Sequence record: NC_041972.1
DNA: 64,000 nt
Direction: 5' to 3' (one strand)
Shown: positions 8,976 to 18,056 of the stretch, one piece after another
How positions within the stretch are numbered: the stretch's first letter is position 1
How the letters are laid out: the number at the start of each line of letters is the position of its first letter
Position numbers and translations under genes: made by a program
Notes under the pieces: model-generated
The model's input: the letters and a program-made list of their open reading frames with translations, nothing else
Database searches by the model: none
Told to the model about the DNA's origin: nothing

Positions 8976-9577
8976 TGGCACAAACCGAACACGATAAAAT
9001 GATGCACCAACGGGCAGGGTCGATTGAGCGCCGACTGGCACAGGCCGCCCAGCATGAACGTAATCCCCAGATCCAGGAAGCGGAGTTCACACGGGTATTC
9101 CTGCCGATGTTTGTTGGCGGGGGCGAATACATTAATCAGGATGCTTGGGTAGCGGTTGCCGGTTCTGTTAATAATGAAGTCGATGTCTTCCGCGGGCAAG
9201 AGTATCTTTATACCCTGCCAGCCTTAGCCATCCCGATTCGCTCTGAGATCTCCAGTCGTAGCCAAAATGGTCGCATGGGTGATAACTGGATGGGCACAGG
9301 CTTAAACGCCGCAGACGATCCAGGCTCAATTGAGAGCGTGATGTCGATCGATGCCAAGGGTAAGCAGGTTGCGTTAGCCAGTACTGCTGAGGAGCACATG
9401 GCACGCTGGGATGAGGTGTTCAAACGCTACGGGTTGGACTACCGTGTAATCCGTGCTGACCTCCATGAACGTAAAACAGGTCAGAAAGTTAATCCCAACA
9501 TTATCGATCAATCAGATAAGGCATTAGCGACTAAACAGGTTGAGCTCGATGACAACGGTGATTACGAAGACTACTAA
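8975..9577 (+). CDS. Conserved phiKZ-like core hypothetical protein
   Basis: TAATG coupling; EAEF.RVFLPMF, WVAVAG...EVDV motifs; directly upstream of the SbcD-like gene. Confidence 0.7.
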   Translation: MAQTEHDKMMHQRAGSIERRLAQAAQHERNPQIQEAEFTRVFLPMFVGGGEYINQDAWVAVAGSVNNEVDVFRGQEYLYTLPALAIPIRSEISSRSQNGRMGDNWMGTGLNAADDPGSIESVMSIDAKGKQVALASTAEEHMARWDEVFKRYGLDYRVIRADLHERKTGQKVNPNIIDQSDKALATKQVELDDNGDYEDY

Positions 9578-10694
9578 AAAACCTGGCATCGTACGGATCA
9601 TTCAGACAGGCGATATTCACCTCTGTCATAAACGCACCCCGACTGCGAACATTATCCGTACACTGAACTACATCTTTTATGAAAACGAATCCTTGGCTGA
9701 AACTGACCTTATCATCCTTGCCGGGGATGTCTGGGATACTCTGGTGACCATGCCTAATGACGATGCGTTATTAGCTCGTCAATGGATTCGTAAGTTTGTC
9801 GAAGATTGCGCACAACACAATGTGATTTTAGATGTGTTAGAAGGCACCCCTGATCATGATTGGGAGCAGTCTTCTGAGTTCACCCTCTTTGAAACCAGTT
9901 GTGAAGTGCGCTACATCAAAACCCTGCAGATTGTCCGTCATGAGCACTTGGATTTAAATATCCTTTATGTGCCCGATGAATGGCGCCCAACCATTGAAGC
10001 GATCTGGGAAGATGTGTGTGTGGCGATGACTGAAGCCGGACTGGATAAGGTGGATGTCGCAGTGGTGCACGGGGGATTTGATTTTAACTTCCCGCCAGAA
10101 TACAACATCAAAGGCCACAGCGCTGAGCGCTTTAGCAGCATTGTCAAACATGCGGTGTTTGCTAACCACATCCACAAAGCCCAGAGCTTTATGAAAGTGC
10201 ACGGTCCAGGTTCACCGGATCGATTAGCACAGGGTGAGGAAGGGGACAAAGGTTACCATCGGGTGGTGATTGATCAGAAGACCGATCAGATGCGCATCCA
10301 GTGGATTAAGAACCCACATGCCTGGACCCATATCGCAATCAACGTTGCAGATATGTCGGTTGAGGAGATCGTCGCCAAAGCCAAAGCGATCGCAGCACCA
10401 CTAAGAGCCGGCAGTTATCTGCGTTTTGATAACGGTGATCCCTTAGTGGTGAAAGCGGTACTGTGGGCATTGAAAGCAGAAATCCCGCATGTGATCTTGG
10501 AATACAAAAACAAGAAGCAAGCAGGGATCACTCAGACGCACCAAACTTATGCCAAGAAGTTTTCTGGCACCCACATTAACCGCAACAATGCCAAAGAGTC
10601 GATCGTCGGCTGGTTGCAGGGTAAAGGGTTAACGGACGACTCACAGGGTCAGTATTTAAGCGATATCTTACAGCGCGCCATGGCGCTGAAGTAG
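9549..10694 (+). CDS. sbcD: SbcD/Mre11-like metallophosphoesterase nuclease (phiKZ gp65-like)
   Basis: Calcineurin-like motifs GDIH, AGDVWD, EGTPDHD, VHGG, NHIH, and PGS.DRLAQGE..DKG. Confidence 0.88.
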   Translation: MTTVITKTTKKPGIVRIIQTGDIHLCHKRTPTANIIRTLNYIFYENESLAETDLIILAGDVWDTLVTMPNDDALLARQWIRKFVEDCAQHNVILDVLEGTPDHDWEQSSEFTLFETSCEVRYIKTLQIVRHEHLDLNILYVPDEWRPTIEAIWEDVCVAMTEAGLDKVDVAVVHGGFDFNFPPEYNIKGHSAERFSSIVKHAVFANHIHKAQSFMKVHGPGSPDRLAQGEEGDKGYHRVVIDQKTDQMRIQWIKNPHAWTHIAINVADMSVEEIVAKAKAIAAPLRAGSYLRFDNGDPLVVKAVLWALKAEIPHVILEYKNKKQAGITQTHQTYAKKFSGTHINRNNAKESIVGWLQGKGLTDDSQGQYLSDILQRAMALK

Positions 10695-10704
10695 TGAGGG
10701 TGTT

Positions 10705-11505
10705 ATGGCTGACAGGACCATGGGAATCTTGCCGATGTCAGTCGGCACCTCCCTTTCATTTGAAGCATTAATGGCAAAACCCGTTGAACCGATTGAAACC
10801 TTAGTGCTGAACATCGGGACCATCTTTCGTAATGTCTATCAGGCGTATGATACCGATGACCGCGATCGCTTAGGGATTGATAAGTTGCATGACGATATGA
10901 TTGCAGATATGTCAGCGATTTACGACATCTTAAAAGACATCGGGAAAGCGGGTGTGCCAGATTACAAACTGTATCACGGGCGCTATGAACGGTTAGCTTC
11001 CGCCTTTCCACTGGCGAAGATCTGGGAGCCTTCTTCGGATATTCAGAAGACGTACGCACGACTTGAACGCAACGTCCTGGAGAAAGTGATCAAGACAATG
11101 CGGGGGTTGGTACAAGAGGTCGATCACACCTTACCGATTTCCGTAAAGAATACCTATGTGATGACCCATCACATCGTAGACCTGGTTGTGCCGGCTGGTT
11201 ACGGTGAGATTACGTTGGTGGAATCCCATACAGGCGCCTTGAAGAAGAAACCGTTATGGCACACCAAACTCACCAACGGGCGTTCGCTTGAGCGTATTCC
11301 GTTTAACCGACTGACCTTGCAGGTGTTCGGTGATAACTCTGTAAACTTCAAAGCCAACAGCTTTAAATACAAAGCGGCACTGATGAAGCTTGCAGAGGAG
11401 AACAAGTGGACACCCATGGCAACCCGTGATCGTATCAAGCTTGGCATTGAAACGTTAAAGGACGCGCAGCTGAAAGCGGACTTGTCAAAAATGCTCAGTG
11501 TATAA
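10705..11505 (+). CDS. Conserved phiKZ-like core protein (gp66-like)
   Basis: PMSVGTSL, THH.VDL, LVESHTG..K...W.TKL, IPFN..TLQVFGD motifs; lies between SbcD and the ChmC-like gene. Confidence 0.65.
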   Translation: MADRTMGILPMSVGTSLSFEALMAKPVEPIETLVLNIGTIFRNVYQAYDTDDRDRLGIDKLHDDMIADMSAIYDILKDIGKAGVPDYKLYHGRYERLASAFPLAKIWEPSSDIQKTYARLERNVLEKVIKTMRGLVQEVDHTLPISVKNTYVMTHHIVDLVVPAGYGEITLVESHTGALKKKPLWHTKLTNGRSLERIPFNRLTLQVFGDNSVNFKANSFKYKAALMKLAEENKWTPMATRDRIKLGIETLKDAQLKADLSKMLSV

Positions 11506-11514
11506 ATCAACATA

Positions 11515-11538
11515 ACTGCTCTAACTTTATAGAGCAGT
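11515..11538 (+). promoter_or_regulatory. 9-bp perfect hairpin in the 5' leader of the ChmC-like gene
   Basis: ACTGCTCTA-acttta-TAGAGCAGT, no U-tract, about 20 nt upstream of the AAGGAG RBS. Confidence 0.45.
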
Positions 11539-11568
11539 ATAACTAATTAGTCCTAAAAGGAGCAACAC

Positions 11569-12339
11569 ATGGCTGGTCCACAGCGTCAATTTAAAGCTCG
11601 TGAAAAATCTTACTTGAGCGAGTACTCGATGAACCTTCAGGGCCCGGTGCAAGCTGGCGCTCAGTTCCCTGCTGAATTCCGCATGGCCTTTGCAGCCAAC
11701 AAGGTGGCCATTCAGGTTGAAACCAAAAACCGCGATAACAAAAATAACGGTCGCTTTGAAATCGTTGTTCCTTATCTGGGCGCTATCGGTGTGCTGAATA
11801 CGATCGACAAGCTTATTCAGGACAAAGCACGCAGTAAGCTGCAATACAAAGTGAAAGACTTCGTTTACTTCGGTAAAGGTAACAAGTCTGACTCGCCAAT
11901 GATCAAAGGCACCCTGACTGTAGGGCGTGATAACGAAGGCTGTCTCTATATCGGCATGTCCGGTAAAGACATCACCCCAATCAAATTCATCTTCGCCCTG
12001 CCGGCGCATGATGAACTGTGCGATGACTCAGGTCAGCGTCTGGGTGATGCTGAGCACTCTGAGTTTGCTGCGAAGAACTTCGTGGTCGGTTACCTGGGCC
12101 TGCTGCCAGTGGTGATGGGTATTCACTATACCCCACCTGAGCCGAAGAACCCAGATGGCGGTAATGGCGGTGGCGGTGGTCAAGGCGGTGGCGGCTGGGG
12201 CGGTAATGGCGGCGGGAACCGTGGCGGTGGTAATGGCGGGGGAAACCAGTACAGCCAAGGCGGCAATCAGGGCGGCGGGAACGCCTCTGGTTCTGGTAGC
12301 AGCGGCGGCGGTGACTTCGCAGATGACCTGCCTTTCTAA
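11569..12339 (+). CDS. chmC: ChmC-like (phiKZ gp67-like) single-stranded nucleic-acid-binding protein with Gly/Asn-rich disordered tail
   Basis: Compact beta-rich N-domain plus GGNGGGGG/GGNQ tail ending DFADDLPF; gene order ChmC - gp68 - PicA - gp70 - beta matches chimalliviruses. Confidence 0.68.
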   Translation: MAGPQRQFKAREKSYLSEYSMNLQGPVQAGAQFPAEFRMAFAANKVAIQVETKNRDNKNNGRFEIVVPYLGAIGVLNTIDKLIQDKARSKLQYKVKDFVYFGKGNKSDSPMIKGTLTVGRDNEGCLYIGMSGKDITPIKFIFALPAHDELCDDSGQRLGDAEHSEFAAKNFVVGYLGLLPVVMGIHYTPPEPKNPDGGNGGGGGQGGGGWGGNGGGNRGGGNGGGNQYSQGGNQGGGNASGSGSSGGGDFADDLPF

Positions 12340-12391
12340 ATAGACAGGACGATGAATTCAGCATAAGTCATTGTCTGGGTTCATCCACAAC

Positions 12392-12422
12392 AGAGGAGGG
12401 TGAAAACCCTCCTCTTGTGCCG
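12392..12422 (+). terminator. Hairpin + TGTGCCG element (variant)
   Basis: AGAGGAGGGT-gaaa-ACCCTCCTCT followed by TGTGCCG. Confidence 0.6.
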
Positions 12423-12740
12423 TCCACGGACTGGGCTATAGCTCACGCTTACTCCCCAGGGTATGGGCGATTCAAACGCCGACATTTCAGGAAGAATACG
12501 CGCAAGCGACCCCCACGGTCATGTAAGAATAAAAGTAAGTTGATGAAGGTGGCTCAGAGTAAGTTGGGTTATGCGATCATGACAGGCAGGGTAATCAGGC
12601 AGGCAGTATGTGATGAGTGTGAGGCGGATGAACGTATCGAGCCTTTGCAAGTCAATTATGCTAAGCCGTATATCGTGCTGTGGCTTTGTCCACGTTGTCA
12701 TGCTGACTGGTACCTGACAAATGAGCCGGCGTACAGCTGA
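12417..12740 (+). CDS. Degenerate HNH-like zinc-binding protein or remnant
   Basis: CDEC....IEPLQVNYAKPYIVLWLCPRCHADW resembles the C..C...AHH.DY.KPL.V.WLC..CH family but lacks the His pair; start uncertain. Confidence 0.45.
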   Translation: MPSTDWAIAHAYSPGYGRFKRRHFRKNTRKRPPRSCKNKSKLMKVAQSKLGYAIMTGRVIRQAVCDECEADERIEPLQVNYAKPYIVLWLCPRCHADWYLTNEPAYS

Positions 12741-12771
12741 GGGTTTCGGCCCTCCTTTATGATACCAAGAG

Positions 12772-13170
12772 GTGACAATGTTTGAAGAACCGACACATGT
12801 TCGTTATGCATTGGTAACCCGCCCTCAACACGATGAGAAGGTAACACTGACACCCTGTGATAATCTGATCGAAGCGGTACACAAACAAGACCGTTACGAT
12901 TCGATTGCTTCCGTGGTGATCTGTGATGACTTCAAAGCGCAGGCGGTGGATGTCCGGTTACACTTTATCACGGGTCCGGATGACTCGGCGTACCGTGCAA
13001 AGGAAATGTTACTGGGTTCTTTTATACACCAGAACAATGATTGGATTCCCCGTCATGTTACGGGTTGTATGATAGACGCTTTTGATGACGAGACCCTTAT
13101 CTTCATCCAAAGCCTACTATCTTTCTTTGATTCACACAGAACCAATTTTGCTCGTTCGCTTGCTTCGTAA
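12772..13170 (+). CDS. Hypothetical protein
   Basis: AGAGGTG RBS before ATG 12778; 132-aa ORF. Confidence 0.65.
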   Translation: MTMFEEPTHVRYALVTRPQHDEKVTLTPCDNLIEAVHKQDRYDSIASVVICDDFKAQAVDVRLHFITGPDDSAYRAKEMLLGSFIHQNNDWIPRHVTGCMIDAFDDETLIFIQSLLSFFDSHRTNFARSLAS

Positions 13171-13178
13171 TTTTTATT

Positions 13179-13214
13179 GCTGGATGCGGTAAACCCGCTC
13201 CAGCCCTTATGCCG
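13179..13214 (+). terminator. Hairpin + TTATGCCG element
   Basis: GCTGGA.GCGG-taaa-CCGC.TCCAGC followed by CCTTATGCCG. Confidence 0.55.
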
Positions 13215-13265
13215 CCTGTAATATCGTACATTATTCTACTATCTATTAGAGGAACAAATAATCTT

Positions 13266-13288
13266 AAATATTTACAAGCCTACATTAT
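13266..13288 (+). promoter_or_regulatory. Putative early promoter (divergent copy E)
   Basis: AAATATTTACAAGCCTACATTAT upstream of the gp68-like gene; shares the CCTAYATNAY core. Confidence 0.45.
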
Positions 13289-13347
13289 CAACATGTCATA
13301 GCAGTATGTGATTTAACCTACCGTGTGATCACCGGGAGCAGCCACCA

Positions 13348-14892
13348 ATGATGTTTAAGTACACCACCAAATCGACCTCTGAGAAGGTATGGTTAAACAC
13401 AATCATAGTTGTCAGTCGTCATGGCGAAGAGATTGTGTTTAACGAAAACAACTTCTTCAAGTCGGAAGAGAAGGACCATAAAGGAACCTTCGACGAACTG
13501 AATCTCTATCTCTTGCGTTGCCTGAGTAACGAGCAACGTGATCGGATGTTTGAGTTCTATAAGCAAATCAGTTATATCCTGAAAACGGAACTGTCGGTCA
13601 CGAAGGTCCTTCTGCCAAAGTTGCAGCCTTTGGTTAAAGGGATCTACGACCTGGTTAGCTTAAGCGACCTGAACGTCTTCATGTATGAAAACAAACTGAC
13701 GCACATCCCGAACAGCGTACTGGATACCATCCCGTCCTCGAAAGAGTACCCGACGATGACCACGTATGTGAAAGCGGATTACGTCAAGCTGGTTAACCTG
13801 TCGGTGTTGTTGCATCTGATGGCGCCGATCATTGCGGACTATGTCAGCAAGGTCAGTGAGTCAACCGGCAAGCAGTTTAAAGAACACGCCGCCTTACCGT
13901 TACTGGAATACACCAACATCATGTATTCTGATGAGATGGTCAAGCTGCGTAACTTCGTGACCGCCAACTGCAGTAAAAAGCCAGTGCCGTTATCAGCCAC
14001 CTTAGAAGGGATGTCAGAAGAGTCGTTCCCGGATTGGATGCTGGCGTCGGTCATTGCACGTAAGCTGTGTATCAACCATGTACGGCGTGGGGATGAGAAC
14101 GGGCATCTGGTTGCTGCGGTGTTTGCCTACATCAACTACAACATCAAACTGGATGGTAAGTTTGGTGGCGGGGTCATGCCAAAGAAAGAGCGTCGGGGTC
14201 TGGGAGAAGATGAACGCGAGAAAGCGGTCATTGATAACTGGAAGATGAAAGAGGATGTGGACAAGATCGATATCTTAGCCTGTGCTGTTGGCTTTGATGA
14301 TCCGGTTGCTGCTGCCAAATTCATTGAGCCTGACATCGATCCAAACATGGTGATCCGTTGCCTGAATGCGATTCCACAAGCCTGGAACTTCAGCATGACT
14401 CGTCATCAGAGCATTCTGTTGCAGTGGGTAGTGGGTGAGCTTCTGCCGCATATAGGTGATACGTATGTGCCGCCGTTGACCGTTGAGTATTACGATTACG
14501 ATGTCTGCGTGAAGTTGGTCGGGATTGCACAAGCGGTACTGTGGCATCGGGGTTATCCGAAGCTTGCAGTGTTTGCTGCGACTTATCCGTCTGAAGTAGA
14601 TGCCGGCGGGATGCCGAATGCCGTGATGCCATTAGAACTGAAAGTGATGGCAGAGCTGGAAGCGTATTACGGTAATGTGCGTCTGGGTAAACGTCAGGAC
14701 AGCAGCGATGGCTTGGTGCATAAAACCATCAACACCATGGTTACCTCATTGTTAGAAGATGATTATCAGGTCGTAGGCCCTGATGAATTGTTAGCGTTAT
14801 CTGGGGTGGTAGATTTCGAACGTCGAATCGTCATTCCTGAAAGCCTATATTACGATATTGCTGGCTACATTCGTTTCTTAGCCACTCGTTAA
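13348..14892 (+). CDS. Non-virion RNA polymerase specificity (sigma-like) subunit, phiKZ gp68-like
   Basis: 514-aa helical protein in the gp68 position, between ChmC-like and PicA-like genes; size fits; no catalytic motif expected. Confidence 0.7.
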   Translation: MMFKYTTKSTSEKVWLNTIIVVSRHGEEIVFNENNFFKSEEKDHKGTFDELNLYLLRCLSNEQRDRMFEFYKQISYILKTELSVTKVLLPKLQPLVKGIYDLVSLSDLNVFMYENKLTHIPNSVLDTIPSSKEYPTMTTYVKADYVKLVNLSVLLHLMAPIIADYVSKVSESTGKQFKEHAALPLLEYTNIMYSDEMVKLRNFVTANCSKKPVPLSATLEGMSEESFPDWMLASVIARKLCINHVRRGDENGHLVAAVFAYINYNIKLDGKFGGGVMPKKERRGLGEDEREKAVIDNWKMKEDVDKIDILACAVGFDDPVAAAKFIEPDIDPNMVIRCLNAIPQAWNFSMTRHQSILLQWVVGELLPHIGDTYVPPLTVEYYDYDVCVKLVGIAQAVLWHRGYPKLAVFAATYPSEVDAGGMPNAVMPLELKVMAELEAYYGNVRLGKRQDSSDGLVHKTINTMVTSLLEDDYQVVGPDELLALSGVVDFERRIVIPESLYYDIAGYIRFLATR

Positions 14893-14927
14893 CTTAATTT
14901 AATCTACACCGTTAGGAGTCACCCAAG

Positions 14928-16445
14928 ATGTTACCTACCCAAAACATTCAGTTCGAAGGCTATGTTGAGAAAGCTGCTATCTGCCGTACACCAGCTTATC
15001 AGGACATGTACCGTCGACCGTACAGCATGAATATCAGTCAGGACACCGCATCCGTTATTGGTAACATGAGTGCCGGTGTGGATTATTCTCGTGAGCGTTT
15101 AGCGCCGATTGCCGCATCGGTCATTGCGCCACAGACTTACGTTGAATCGGTTTGTAACGTACCAGAGGGCTGGGGTTCTGAGCGTTGTCTCTTCATTCTG
15201 AAGATCGTTCACGGTCGTCCGGGTGACCAGGGTCTGAACAAACGTGTGCAGTATCTGACCGGCTACACCAGTCACATGGGCATGATGCCAAGTCAGATGC
15301 GTGCGAATGATGTTGTTGTTGATGACAACATGCGTCTGTTCTTTAACACCAGTATGCTGTTTAACGAAACCAGCCATATCGATGGCTATGGTCGTAAGCT
15401 CGTCACCGCCATGCCGTTGATGGCAAGTCAGTTGGTAATGGGTCAGCACGGTGGGGTGCATGGTCATAACGATCGTACGTTGCGTCCTGAAGATGTTTAC
15501 TCAGCAATCAATGTTGGACAGCTGATTCAGCAGAACAACCAGTATGATCAAAGCCGTGGTACCAATGGTCCGATTGGTCAGCTGTATGATGGTCGTACTG
15601 CTTTCCAACCTGGTCAGCCGTATAAGCTTTCTCAGCTGAATAACCTGGTGCCTTCAAACTACCTCAGTAAAGTGCTGACCGGCGCAGCCACCGAACAGCT
15701 GACCTTAGGTGGTCAACGTGCAAACCCAGCGGACACCAGCAATCAGATCGCAACCGGCCTGAACGAAGGTTATCTGTCTAACGACCTGACCCTGCAACAT
15801 ATCCTGGATCGCACTGGTCTGCGTGAAAACTGCTCAATCACATTTGGTGAATTGCGTCGTATTCTGCCGAACATTGACGCGCCAGGTATTTTGACCAAAG
15901 CAGGTATGGAAGGTGTCGGTACTGGTCAGGTTGCCGGTGCAGTAGGTGGTGCTGGTTCTGAACATCATCAGGGTTCGAACTATGAAACCGTGATTGCCAA
16001 CATGCTGAACAATGTGACCACTGCACTGATGATGGATCTGATGATCGGTGAGATTCATTGTAATGGCGGTAACATGACTGTAGCTGATGTGGCGACTGGT
16101 ACAATGAGCGGTCAGTTCCTGTTGAACACGCCGTATGCAACTTCCTTCGTGGATGGTCGTGATGCGGTGGCATTGTGTGAATCGTTTAAGCTGCGTCTGG
16201 TGCGTGAGTTCCTGTCAAGCTTTACCGGCCACAACCATGTGCCAATCGGTTTTGCAATCCATGCAAGTCTGATGGCCGAAACGGTTATTGATGTCTCTTA
16301 CAATAACCAACCGAAGATTCGCTTCGTGTTCCCGGTCTTTGCGAACGCGTCCTATACCCCGATTATCACTGGCGATCAGAACACTCTGAACTCCATTGCC
16401 GTACACACACGTGAACTGGTCCAGCAGCTGACCAACGTCTTTTAA
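14928..16445 (+). CDS. picA: PicA/Imp1-like phage-nucleus import factor (phiKZ gp69-like)
   Basis: 505 aa; directly follows the gp68-like gene; GWGSERCLF, YLTGYT, RPEDVY motifs; assignment mainly by synteny. Confidence 0.6.
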   Translation: MLPTQNIQFEGYVEKAAICRTPAYQDMYRRPYSMNISQDTASVIGNMSAGVDYSRERLAPIAASVIAPQTYVESVCNVPEGWGSERCLFILKIVHGRPGDQGLNKRVQYLTGYTSHMGMMPSQMRANDVVVDDNMRLFFNTSMLFNETSHIDGYGRKLVTAMPLMASQLVMGQHGGVHGHNDRTLRPEDVYSAINVGQLIQQNNQYDQSRGTNGPIGQLYDGRTAFQPGQPYKLSQLNNLVPSNYLSKVLTGAATEQLTLGGQRANPADTSNQIATGLNEGYLSNDLTLQHILDRTGLRENCSITFGELRRILPNIDAPGILTKAGMEGVGTGQVAGAVGGAGSEHHQGSNYETVIANMLNNVTTALMMDLMIGEIHCNGGNMTVADVATGTMSGQFLLNTPYATSFVDGRDAVALCESFKLRLVREFLSSFTGHNHVPIGFAIHASLMAETVIDVSYNNQPKIRFVFPVFANASYTPIITGDQNTLNSIAVHTRELVQQLTNVF

Positions 16446-16459
16446 GGAAAAGATAAACC

Positions 16460-18004
16460 ATGACAACTCCACTTATTAACTATTACACGGGCTTCCTGGA
16501 ATCGACGGGCGCTGTGATTGATCAGTCCACCGGTGTGGTGAGCTATGAACGTTCCACCGGTTTAAAGCCGGTGTTAATCGATGGCAAAGAGCTGATCCTG
16601 CCCATCCGTGCGTTTCAGGATAAGCCGGACTGGACGCGTTATGTACCATTCCATCCGCTGTCTGAATCGATCGCTCGTGGTGAATCGGAAGTGCTGCAGA
16701 AAGCCAAAGAGCTGATCAGCCTGAAGCTGTTCCTGAAATATGCGGAACTGTCTGAAGCGCTGCTGATGCTGGCAGTGAACTCTGAATCGCAGGCGAAGCT
16801 CACTCCTACCCAGATGAAGTTCCTGGAAGGGCTGGGCGATGCGGATGAGAAAACGGTTGAGAACTTCTCAAAGATCCTGGCGAAATCCAAAGCGACCTTT
16901 GAAGGCGGTGAGAACCGTTGTCTGGTGTCGTTGTTCCTGAAACGTGGCGGTACACTCAATGGGCAGAAGTTTGCCCGTCTGTGTGTCGTGGCATTCCCGT
17001 ACTACGAAGCGCTGTGTAAGATCGAAAACGAACCTGCGGATAAGCGCGTGGTGTTTGGTGTGCCATTGCGTGCCAAAGACATCAAAGTGCTGAAGCGTCT
17101 GCATGAAGTGATCGTACCGAACAGCGATGACGGGATCTACTCGATCGGGACTAACGTACAGACTGCGCCGTACTGGGGTGCCTTGATGATGACTTACGTC
17201 AACATCCTGAACCAGTTCAACAGCGTAATCAAACCGTTCTCGAAAGTGATCAAATCGCTGAAGGCGGTTGATACCTCGTGGGATGTGGGCGATGAGTTGC
17301 AACAGTTCCGTGCTGAGATTCCACCGATGCCGTATAATGAAGGTGCAGATTCCAGCAAGCCAGCTGAAACAACCCAGCCCCTGCAGACCCAACAGCAGCC
17401 TGTTGCGACGCAGCCACAAACCATCCCACAGCCAACCGGTAATCTGGTACAGCAGCCAGCAACCATCCAGCAAGCACCGAGCTTTAACGGTAATCAGAAC
17501 CAATCCAACACAGTTACCCATCCGCCAGCTCACAACGTTAAACCATCTAACGGTGGCGGTGTGAACTTCGCTGATGCGATGAACAAGTCGGGCATGGGGA
17601 TGATGCCACAAATGCAGATGCCAGGGATGATGCCGCAGATGTATCCTCAGCAGGGCTACCCACAGCAGCAGATGCCAATGTATCCGCAACAGCAAATGTA
17701 TCCTCAGATGCAGATGCAAATGCCGATGCAGCAGCTTCCAATGCCACCGGTCTCTCAGCCGCAGGGTCAGCAGCAATTCCCGCAGCAGATGTATTATCAA
17801 AATGGTCAGTTGCCAATGCCGCCGGTTAGCCAGCAGCAACAGCAAGGTTACCCACAGCAGGGCATGTATCCTCAGCAGCAGATGATGCAGCCTCAAATGT
17901 ACCCGCAGATGCAAATGCCTGGCATGATGCCACAAATGCAGATGCCAGGGATGATGCAACAGGGTTACCCGCAACAGCCACAGATGTTCCAGTTCGGGCG
18001 TTAA
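16460..18004 (+). CDS. phiKZ gp70-like core protein with long Gln/Met/Pro/Tyr-rich C-terminal low-complexity tail
   Basis: Globular N-terminal ~290 aa (FHPLSESIARGESEV; LFLKRGG...G.KF.R), followed by >200 aa of Q/P/M-rich repeats. Confidence 0.75.
   Translation: MTTPLINYYTGFLESTGAVIDQSTGVVSYERSTGLKPVLIDGKELILPIRAFQDKPDWTRYVPFHPLSESIARGESEVLQKAKELISLKLFLKYAELSEALLMLAVNSESQAKLTPTQMKFLEGLGDADEKTVENFSKILAKSKATFEGGENRCLVSLFLKRGGTLNGQKFARLCVVAFPYYEALCKIENEPADKRVVFGVPLRAKDIKVLKRLHEVIVPNSDDGIYSIGTNVQTAPYWGALMMTYVNILNQFNSVIKPFSKVIKSLKAVDTSWDVGDELQQFRAEIPPMPYNEGADSSKPAETTQPLQTQQQPVATQPQTIPQPTGNLVQQPATIQQAPSFNGNQNQSNTVTHPPAHNVKPSNGGGVNFADAMNKSGMGMMPQMQMPGMMPQMYPQQGYPQQQMPMYPQQQMYPQMQMQMPMQQLPMPPVSQPQGQQQFPQQMYYQNGQLPMPPVSQQQQQGYPQQGMYPQQQMMQPQMYPQMQMPGMMPQMQMPGMMQQGYPQQPQMFQFGR
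17600..17957 (+). repeat. 34-bp perfect direct repeat pair within the Q/M/P-rich tail
   Basis: ATGATGCCACAAATGCAGATGCCAGGGATGATGC at 17600-17633 and 17924-17957 (MMPQMQMPGMM). Confidence 0.9.
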
Positions 18005-18018
18005 TCTATAAATCTGAT

Positions 18019-18047
18019 CGGCATAAGGAGAGGCTACGGCCTCTCCT
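18019..18047 (-). terminator. Hairpin + TTATGCCG element on minus strand (convergent junction)
   Basis: AGGAGAGGC-tacg-GCCTCTCCT with CGGCATAA on its left, i.e. TTATGCCG 3' of the stem on the minus strand. Confidence 0.65.
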
Positions 18048-18056
18048 CTTTCAGAG

